62,612 bases of DNA from contig JACMKO010000015.1 of the NCBI GenBank assembly GCA_014380065.1, positions 1-62,612 on the forward strand, read 5' to 3'. Source of the stretch: Leptolyngbya sp. ES-bin-22 (GTDB lineage Bacteria; Cyanobacteriota; Cyanobacteriia; Leptolyngbyales; Leptolyngbyaceae). Below the pieces are notes generated by a model, which ran no database searches, was not told where the DNA came from, and saw only the letters and a list, made by a program, of their open reading frames with translations. Both the position numbers and the translations under genes were made by a program. Shown here piece by piece: positions 19,833 through 29,000 of this stretch. Position 1 is the stretch's first letter. Each line of letters starts with the position of its first letter.

Positions 19833-22441
19833 TTGCTAAAGAACTAGCTACCGATTTGCCTTGGGATGTACCGCCGCTCTCATTGCTTGCCCCCGACCAG
19901 CAGGTGCAGTTTAAACAAGCGGCGACCATTCGTCGCTTCAGCTTGGGCGATATGCTGTGGTCTACAGATGACCCTGGCAGCCAGATTCTGGTGGTGAGTG
20001 GCAAGGTGCGCCTGGTGCCCGAAGACGGGCAATCAATCATGCTGAAAAAAGGCGATTGGCTGGGCGATCGCTTGGATCTGCCTGGTTTTTGGAAAGCGAG
20101 AGCCGCTGACAAAGATGTGGTGATCGCACAGTGGGCGGTTGAGCAGTGGGATCAAATTTTCTCGGCGGAACTGGAACGCTTCTGGGCACTACAGCGCAAT
20201 CGCTATTTACCCAAAACCGCAGAAACCCCTCAGTCTGTCTCTGGGTTTCCGTTTGTGGCAGGGGTTAATACAGCCGCAGCCTGCTTAACGATGGCGGCAA
20301 GCCATCTCCAGATTCCAGCCCAACTGGAGTGGGTGCAGCGACAGTTGCGAGGGCAGCGATCGGCTGATGTCGTCGAAGCCGCCGAAAAGTTAGGGCTGCA
20401 ACTGCGACGGCTTGACACCGCTTGGAATAATCTGCGGCAGCTCGGCTTACCAGCGCTCATGCAATGGCAAGGTGATTATGGCGGTGGTACTGCGAATGGA
20501 GCGAATGCCGCAAATGGCTCAAGCCTGATTTTGCCTGACTCAGCACGCCCAGTGACTGCGACGACTCACTGGGTTATAGCGTATGCCGTCAAAGGCGATC
20601 GCTTAATTGTGGCAGATCCGCTCAATCCCAGTCATACCTGCGAAAGTGTGCCGCGTGCCTTGGTGGAAAGCGTTTGGGATGGGCAACTTTGGCAGATCGA
20701 GCAGATCCAGAAGCAAGAGAAATTTAGCCTCGCCTGGTTTTTGCCTGCCATTTGGAACTATCGCAAGTTGCTGGGTGAGGTGCTGCTGGCATCATTCACG
20801 CTGCAAATCTTAGGACTGGCGACACCTATCATTACTCAGGTGGTAATCGATCGCGTGATGGTGCAAGGTAGCCTTTCCACGCTCGATGTGATGGCGCTTG
20901 CCCTGTTTGCTGTGGCGTTTTTTGAGGCGGGGTTGGGCATCTTGCGCCTGTTCATTTTTACCCACACCGCACGCCGGCTTGACCTTAGCCTTTCTGCCCA
21001 ACTGTTTCGACATCTCATGCGCCTGCCGCTGTCTTACTTTGAGGCGCGTCGGGTGGGTGACACGGTTGCTCGGGTGCAAGAACTCGAAAATATTCGCCAA
21101 TTCCTTACTGGAACTGCTTTAACGGTTATTTTGGATGCCGTTTTTGCAGTAGTCTACCTGGTCATTATGTTTGCCTACAGCATCCCGTTGACCTTTGTGT
21201 CGCTGGGGATGGTGCCGTTCTTTGCGCTGCTGACGTTGACGGTCACCCCGGTTTTGCGACGGTGGCTGAATGAAACCTTCAACCGTAGTGCAGACAGTCA
21301 ATCCTTTCTAGTCGAAACAATTACTGGCATTCAGGCGGTAAAAGCGCATAGTGCCGAGCGAGTGGCGCGCGATCGTTGGGAAGGACTGTTTGCTCGCTTT
21401 ATCCGCACAGGCTTCAAAGCCTCAACGACATCGAACATCAGCAACAACATTGCCGATTTTCTCACCAACCTGTCGTTCCTACTCATTCTGTGGGTCGGTG
21501 CCAAGCTGGTGATTGAACAGAAGTTGACGATCGGTCAACTGGTCGCCTTTCAGATGCTCTCTGGCAGAATGACAGGACCGCTGCTGCGTCTGGTGCAGCT
21601 CTGGCAGAACCTTCAGCAAGTGTTACTCTCGGTTGATCGCATCGGCGATATTCTCAACACGGCTCCTGAAGCGGAAGCCGGTTCTGGCTTAGTGCTACCA
21701 CCCCTTCAAGGGCAGGTAACCTTTGATCAAGTCTTTTTCCGCTACTATCCCACGCAAGAACCCGTCCTGCGGGGCATTTCATTCAGCGTTCAACCAGGGA
21801 TGTTAGTAGGCGTTGTGGGACGCAGTGGTTCCGGCAAGAGTACGCTCTCCAAGCTGATTCAGCGCCTGTACTCAGTGGAATCTGGGCGCATTTTGATTGA
21901 TGGGTTTGATATTAAGAGCGCTGACCTCGCGTCGCTCCGTCAGCAGGTGGCGGTTGTCTTGCAAGAAGATTTTCTTTTCAATGGGTCAGTGCTGGAAAAT
22001 ATTAGTCTTGGCAATCCAGATATTGGTGCCGAACAGGTAATTGAAGCGGCTCGGCTGGCAGTTGCTCACGACTTTATCAGTGAATTGCAGCACGGCTACG
22101 AAACCAGCGTTGGTGAGCGAGGCACAGCGCTATCCGGTGGACAACGCCAGCGTATTGCTTTGGCGCGGCTATTCCTTTCCAATGCACCTCTTTTAGTACT
22201 GGATGAGGCGACGAGCGCTCTTGATGCAGAAACTGAGCAGCAGGTTCTACAGAATATCCAAAAAGTTTCGCAAAACCGCACGGTTTTCCTTATTGCACAC
22301 CGCTTTGCCCCCCTCAAACGAGCTGATTTAATTGTGGTTTTAGAGAAAGGGGTGCTGGTTGAAAAAGGCACTCATGATGATTTGCTCCGCAGTAAGGGAT
22401 TGTACTGGTCTCTCTACCAGCGACAGCAGGCATCAGTCTAA
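19829..22441 (+). CDS. Type I secretion ABC transporter (HlyB family) with N-terminal cNMP-like and C39-like domains
   Basis: cNMP-like region (ILVVSGKVRL, LKKGDWLG); C39-like NTAAACL...HWVIAY...IVADP; TMD with LPLSYFEARRVGD; GRSGSGKST, LSGGQRQR, LDEATSALD, IAHR. Confidence 0.93.
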   Translation: MIAKELATDLPWDVPPLSLLAPDQQVQFKQAATIRRFSLGDMLWSTDDPGSQILVVSGKVRLVPEDGQSIMLKKGDWLGDRLDLPGFWKARAADKDVVIAQWAVEQWDQIFSAELERFWALQRNRYLPKTAETPQSVSGFPFVAGVNTAAACLTMAASHLQIPAQLEWVQRQLRGQRSADVVEAAEKLGLQLRRLDTAWNNLRQLGLPALMQWQGDYGGGTANGANAANGSSLILPDSARPVTATTHWVIAYAVKGDRLIVADPLNPSHTCESVPRALVESVWDGQLWQIEQIQKQEKFSLAWFLPAIWNYRKLLGEVLLASFTLQILGLATPIITQVVIDRVMVQGSLSTLDVMALALFAVAFFEAGLGILRLFIFTHTARRLDLSLSAQLFRHLMRLPLSYFEARRVGDTVARVQELENIRQFLTGTALTVILDAVFAVVYLVIMFAYSIPLTFVSLGMVPFFALLTLTVTPVLRRWLNETFNRSADSQSFLVETITGIQAVKAHSAERVARDRWEGLFARFIRTGFKASTTSNISNNIADFLTNLSFLLILWVGAKLVIEQKLTIGQLVAFQMLSGRMTGPLLRLVQLWQNLQQVLLSVDRIGDILNTAPEAEAGSGLVLPPLQGQVTFDQVFFRYYPTQEPVLRGISFSVQPGMLVGVVGRSGSGKSTLSKLIQRLYSVESGRILIDGFDIKSADLASLRQQVAVVLQEDFLFNGSVLENISLGNPDIGAEQVIEAARLAVAHDFISELQHGYETSVGERGTALSGGQRQRIALARLFLSNAPLLVLDEATSALDAETEQQVLQNIQKVSQNRTVFLIAHRFAPLKRADLIVVLEKGVLVEKGTHDDLLRSKGLYWSLYQRQQASV

Positions 22442-22539
22442 GGATCGTGGATTAAATAAAACCGACAAATTGTTCGTAGGTAGGGGCGCACAGCCGTGCG
22501 CCCCTACGGAAAACGCCGAGGTTATTAAATTCTTGTTCC
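22442..22539. mobile_element. 98-bp MITE-like element, copy 1, inserted at the TAA stop codon of the ABC exporter
   Basis: TAA at 22439-22441 and 22540-22542; ends GGATCGTGGATTAAATA / TATTAAATTCTTGTTCC; central hairpin GTAGGGGCGCAC-AGCC-GTGCGCCCCTAC (22480-22507); near-identical inverted copy at 48857-48954. Confidence 0.85.
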
Positions 22540-23065
22540 TAAGTATGAGAAGCAGGGACGCTGACTGACAAAGCTTTCAGAGATCGCCTGCCCCGCCTGC
22601 ACTGAAAGTGCGGACTAACAGGAGCAAGTCCTCTGTAGGCTTTTGAATCACGGGCGGATAAGCAGCCTTTCAGTCGCTTTGCCAGTCAATCAGGTAGGGA
22701 CGTTACCCGTAGCATCCGTATGACAAAATAGATAACGTCCCTATGAAGCAAGAGCAACACAGTTAGAACAGCACCTTTTGTGCCTGTTTTGAACCAACGA
22801 TCGTGTGTCTTTCTTCGATGCAACACCAAGGCACCTTGCCTGTGAGACTGGAGCTTGCGGTGCTTGGACGATCGCGCTGTGGCGATCGTTGCTTTTTACC
22901 GTTTGATTGCAGTCAGCCTAGCTGTTTGAGTCTTCTACGTGAAAACCTCAGCTTTCGGGTGCATCAAATAAAATCTTCGTAAAGATATACGAAAATAATT
23001 GTTCATTTGTTATCAAACGCTGAAGGGTTGGGCAATATAGCAGAGCCATGTAGGTGTAGACAGCA

Positions 23066-26000
23066 ATGCCCGCAGATTCTATCGGTAATACTTTAGCGAC
23101 CGCTAAGCCAATCTTTCCAATCGTTAGTACACAGACGTTAACCGAGTTCATTGGGGTTGACTCTAGCACTCTCGATGCTAATGATTACTACAGCTTCAAA
23201 CTTGCCCGCACTAGCAGCTTTACACTCTCACTTACAGGATTGAGTGCCAACGCAGATGTCCAGGTGCTAGATAGTGCTGGGGCGATCGTAACAGGTACGG
23301 ATGGCTCTGCACTGAGTTCGAGCAACACAGGTACCTTGGCCGAGTCGATCAATAGCATTCTCAATCCAGGGACTTATTACATTCGCGTCCTGCCTGGACC
23401 TGCCACCGATCCGCTGAACCCGCTAACTACAACGCCCAGTACAAACTACAACCTGAACGTTGCGGCAAATAGCAATACCAAGACAGACATCCTCTGGCGA
23501 AACTATGGAACCGGAGAGAATGCCACCTGGGTTGTGGATGGCACTACTCTTGTTTCTAGCGTCTATCTTCAACCTACTACAGACTTAAATTGGAACATTC
23601 AGGCAACTGGAGACTTCAATGGCGACGGTAATACTGACATTGTTTGGCGCAACTACGCGACTGGGCAAAATGCGTTCTGGCTAATGAATGGAACGACGCT
23701 TGTATCACCTTCGTTCTTCCCCACAGTCAGCGATCTTAACTGGCAAATTCAAGGAGCTGGCGACTTCAACAGCGACGGCAGCACCGATCTCGTTTGGCGC
23801 AACTATGCCACTGGGGAGAATGCTGTCTGGTATATCAAAAACCTTACACTCTCCTCCAGCACGTACATAGAACCACTGCTGTCTCTCAATATTCGTATTC
23901 AAGGAGTCGCCGATTTTAATCTTGATGGTAATCCTGATATTCTTTGGCGCGATTATTCATCAACCACTAACAACAACTTCATTTGGTTGATGAATGGCAC
24001 CACAAGAGCTGGTGTAGCCGTCCTGCCGTCTGTTGCTGACTTAAACTGGCGGATACAGGGAACTGTTGACCTAAACGATGACGGTAACTCAGATTTGCTT
24101 TGGCGCAGCTTCGCTACAGGTGAAAATTATGTCTGGTATCTCAAGGGCACAACCTATAGCGCAGCTGCCGCATTACAGACTACAACCGATTTACGCTGGC
24201 GAGCCACTCCGCCCTTCAATCGCTTGCTGCCAGCCGTGCGTGCCGATGCGGCCGGGAATTTGACCACTACTGCCTTCTCGATCGGTCCAATCAACGGTAG
24301 CGGCACATACCGTGATGCAGTTGGCGGTACTGATACGAACGATTACTACCAGTTCTCGCTTGGTAGTGTCACCCAACTCGGTTTGGCGTTAACTGGCTCA
24401 GGGGGTGGTTCACTCAATGGCGATCTGGATTTACGGTTGTACGATGCGTTTGGCGGCGTGGTGGCAAGCTCTACCAACGGTGGCAACGCGATCGAAACGC
24501 TGACGGTTAGCGGCTTGGTTGCAGGAACCTATTACATCCAGGTCGTCGCCAGCTCTGGCAGCAGTGCTTATGAGCTGGGGATTAACGCAAACAATCTGCC
24601 TGTTCTAGTGAGTAATAATGCACTCACCGTGAGTGAAGGTGCTGCGTTAACGATTAGCAACACATTGCTGCGAGTCACAGACGAGAATAATCCGGCTGCT
24701 CAACTGGCATACACGCTGCTGATACCGCCAGATAGCTCTAGAGGAAATCTAAGCTTGAATGGGGCAGCGATCGCCCAGAACAGCATCTTTACCCAGGCTG
24801 ATATCGACGCTGGTAGGCTGAGCTACCGCCAGAACGGGAGTGAAACACTCACTGATAGCTTTGTCTTCAGCGTTTCTGACGGCGTGGGTGGCGCGATCAG
24901 CAATACCACCTTCACCATCAATACGATTCCCGTTAATGATCCACCCACCTTGTCTATCAACGCCGCGTTGACGCTAAGTGAGGGCACTGCCGTTAGCCTT
25001 TCAAGCCTCAATCTGCTGGTGACAGATGTAGAGCAAACGCCAGCGCAGTTGATCTATAGCCTGAACAGTGTGCCAACTAACGGCAGTCTCTTGTTAAATG
25101 GCACGGCGATCGCAGCAAGCAGCACGTTCACGCAAGCCGATATCAGCAGCGGCACCCGGCTGAGCTACAGCCACAACGGGACAGAAACCACAAGCGATAG
25201 CTTTACGTTCACCGTCACTGACGGGGCAGGCGGGACGGTGGCGTTGTCACCGCAAACGTTTAGCCTTGCCGTTACACCTGTCAATGATGCACCTGTACTG
25301 ATTGCCAATCGAGGGTTGACCGTCACAGAAGGGGCTGCCCCCATCATCACGTCGGCGCTGCTGCAAACTAGCGATGCTGAATTTACGGGAGCCGCGATCG
25401 CGCCACAGCTTCCAGACCGAATTATTTACACAGTAGGCACATTGCCCATCAATGGGACGCTCTTCGTTGGCACAAACGCGCTGGCTGCTAATGGAACGTT
25501 TACGCAAGCAGACCTGAACAACAATCGCATTCTCTACAATCACAACGGTAGCAAGACCAACAGCGATAGCTTCGTCTTCCGCACCTCTGACGGTAGTAAT
25601 GTCACCACCGACTCGACCTTCAACATCATTATTTCTCCAGTCAATTCGCCTCCAGTCCTGAGCTTAAATGCAGGTTTAGCGGTTAGCGAAGGTGCAACCG
25701 CGAATATTGGCAGCACGCTACTCCAAGTGACTGATCCAGACAACCCGCCGCCGCAGGTGGGATATACGCTGGGTCAGAGACCACTCAATGGCGACTTGAA
25801 GCTGAATGGTACTGTTCTGACTGCTGGGCAAACCTTTACGCAGCAGGATATCAACACGCTCAATCGCCTGACATATCAGCACAACGGGAGCGAAACCACC
25901 AGCGACAGCTTTAGCTTCACAGCCTCTGATCCCTTTGGGGCAGCCGTGCCAAGCACAACGTTTACGATCGCGGTTACGCCCGTCAACGATGCGCCAACGC

Positions 26001-29000
26001 TTTTGTCCAACGTTGGACTCACGCTTTCAGAGGGCACGGCTGGCAGCATCACCACAACGTTGCTCAACGCGACTGATGTAGACAACCTGGACTCGCAGCT
26101 TACCTACACTGTCTCGACACCCGCTCACGGCAGCTTGCTTTTAGGGACAGCAGCCGTCACCAGTTTCACGCAGGCCGATTTGGCAAGTGGGCAGCTTAAG
26201 TACGTGCATGACGGGAGCGAGTCGATTTCGGATAGTTTTAGCTTCACCCTCAGTGACGGTACTGCAACCATTGCAGCGAGAACCTTTAACGTCTCTGTCA
26301 TTCCGGTCAACGATTTACCTGGACTGTCTAATAATGCAGGGCTGACATTGGCCGAAGGGGCAACGAGCACGATCGCCAGCACGGCGCTCGCCATTACAGA
26401 CAACGATGGTCCGGGTCCTTTGACCTATACGATCGGTGCTGGCACAACTAGAGGCACGCTGAGACTGGGTGCGGCTACACTTGCAGCGGGGCAAACCTTC
26501 ACTCAGTCAGATATCACAGGCAACCGCCTCTCATATACCCATGACGGTTCCGAAACGCTGGCGGATAGCTTTACCTTTACAGCCTCCGATGGCTCTACGG
26601 GAACACTGGCTCTCACGACCTTTAACATCGCCGTTACGCCTGTCAATGACGCACCGATTCTGATTTCCAATGGCGGCATCACCCTGCTGGAAGGTGCTCT
26701 CACAACCATCAGTAGCAGTGTGCTGCAAGTCAGCGATGGCGATAGTCCGCCGTTGACAAGCCTGGTTTATAACGTGACCAGTGCTCCCGCGAACGGTGCT
26801 TTGTTGCTAGGTGGCAGTACCGTCACCAGCTTTACCCAGGCAAATCTGAACAGTGGGCAACTGGTCTATCAGCACAATGGCAATGAATCGCTGTCCGATA
26901 GCTTTACTTTTACGGTGACGGATGGTGTGGTGACAACACCCGTGGGTCCAAGCGTCTTCAATATTGCGGTGACACCCGTCAATGATGCGCCCGGACTTTC
27001 TAACAATGCTGGCTTGACGTTGGCGGAAGGGGCAACGAGCACGATCGCCAGTACCGCACTTGCAATCACCGATAACGATGGTCCCGGTCCTTTAACCTAC
27101 ACGGTGGGCGCTGGCACAACCAGAGGTAGCCTGAGACTCGGCACAGCAACCTTGTTGGCAGGGCAAACCTTTACCCAGGCAGACATTGCAGGCAATCGCC
27201 TTTCCTATACCCACGATGGGACGGAAACGACGGCAGATAGCTTTAGCTTTACTGCTTCCGACAACTCGACGGGCACGATCGCGCTGACCACTTTTAGCAT
27301 TAACGTCACCCCTGTCAATGATGCTCCGGTGCTGACCGTACCGGGCTTCCAGGCAGTGGATGAAGATCTGCCTTTGGCGTTTACAGGCACGAGGCTTGTT
27401 ACCGTCAGCGATGCGGATATCGGTGGAAATCCACTGGTGGTAACGCTTTCGGCATCTGGCGGTACGCTCAGCCTCAACCCTGGCAGCCTGACTGTCAATA
27501 ATAACGGCACCAGCCAGGTCACGCTCACCGGACAGCTAACCTCAGTCAACAATGCGCTGAGTAGCCTGGTCTACAGGGGACTATCGAATTTCAACGGTCC
27601 AGACACGATTAGCATTGGTGTGACTGATCAGGGCAGCACAGGGGCAGGCGGCGTGAGCACTGACACGAAGACGATCGACCTGATTGTCAACCCCATCAAT
27701 GACGCACCGACTTTGACCGTTCCTGGCGCACAAACCGTTCTAGAAGATACGGTGCTATCGCCGGCAACCCTGATTGACACCACCGATGTTGATGCGGGCA
27801 CCAACCCAGTGAGGGTGAACCTGACCGCTACGAATGGTGCGCTGACACTGGGTACAACGGGCGGACTAACCTTTACGGATACCACCACGAATGGCAGCGG
27901 CACGATCGCCCTGACAGGCACGATCGATAGCGTCCGGGCAGCGTTAGCAACCCTTAGCTACCAGGGCAATGCCAACTACTTCGGTGCTGATGCCATCACG
28001 ATTAGGGTGGATGATCAGGGTGCCGTTGGCGCTTCGGGCGCACTCAGCATCCAGAAAACTATTTCGGTGGGTGTCATTCCCGTTAACGATGTGCCGACCT
28101 TTACGGCTGGCACTGATCTCGTTGTGAATGAGGATGCCACACCACAGACCGTAAATTGGGCAACGGGCATTGCTACGGGTCCAGCGAATGAGTCGAGCCA
28201 AACGCTCAACTTCATTACGTCTAATAGCAACGCCAGCTTGTTCACCGCTGCACCCACGATCGACCCCAGCGGCAGACTGACCTATACCCTTGCTCCCAAC
28301 GCCAATGGTACGGCAACCGTAACGGTCAACCTCAGAGACAATGGCGGGACTGCCAATGGTGGTGTCGATACGTCACCCGCCAGCATCTTCACCATTACCG
28401 TGAACTCCGTCAACGATGTGCCGTCGTTTACAAGGGGTGCCAACCAGACCATCAATGAAGATGCAGGTGCACAAACGGTAACAGGCTGGGCAACCGCCAT
28501 TACAGCCGGTCCAGCCGATGAAGCGGCTCAAACCCTGAACTTCCTGGTCAATACCGATAATCCATCCTTGTTCTCAGCCGCGCCCACGATCGACCCTGCA
28601 ACAGGTACTTTGACCTACACAGCCGCGCCCAACGCCAACGGCACGGCGATTGTGACCGTACAGCTTAGAGATAATGGCGGGACTGATTTGGGTGGCGTTG
28701 ATCGCTCCGCACTTCAGACTTTCACCATTAACGTCACTGCGGTTAACGATGCACCCATCTTCACCCTGCCGAATCCGCCGAGCGTGAGTGAAGATACAAC
28801 GCTGGCGATCGCAGGCATTAGTCTTGCCGACGTTGATTCGGGCAGCAGTCCACTCGTGGTCGCGCTCTCTGTGGTTAGCGGCACCCTTCAACTGGGCAAC
28901 ACCGCTGGACTCACCATCACCGCTGGTTCCAACAACAGCAGCAGCGTTGCCTTCAGCGGCAATCTCAACGACATCAACGCGGCATTGTCTGGACTCAGCT

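Noticed and set aside
22359-22568. 69-aa ORF containing VGRGAQPCAPT
   Set aside because: It is a translation of the REP hairpin element overlapping the exporter 3' end.
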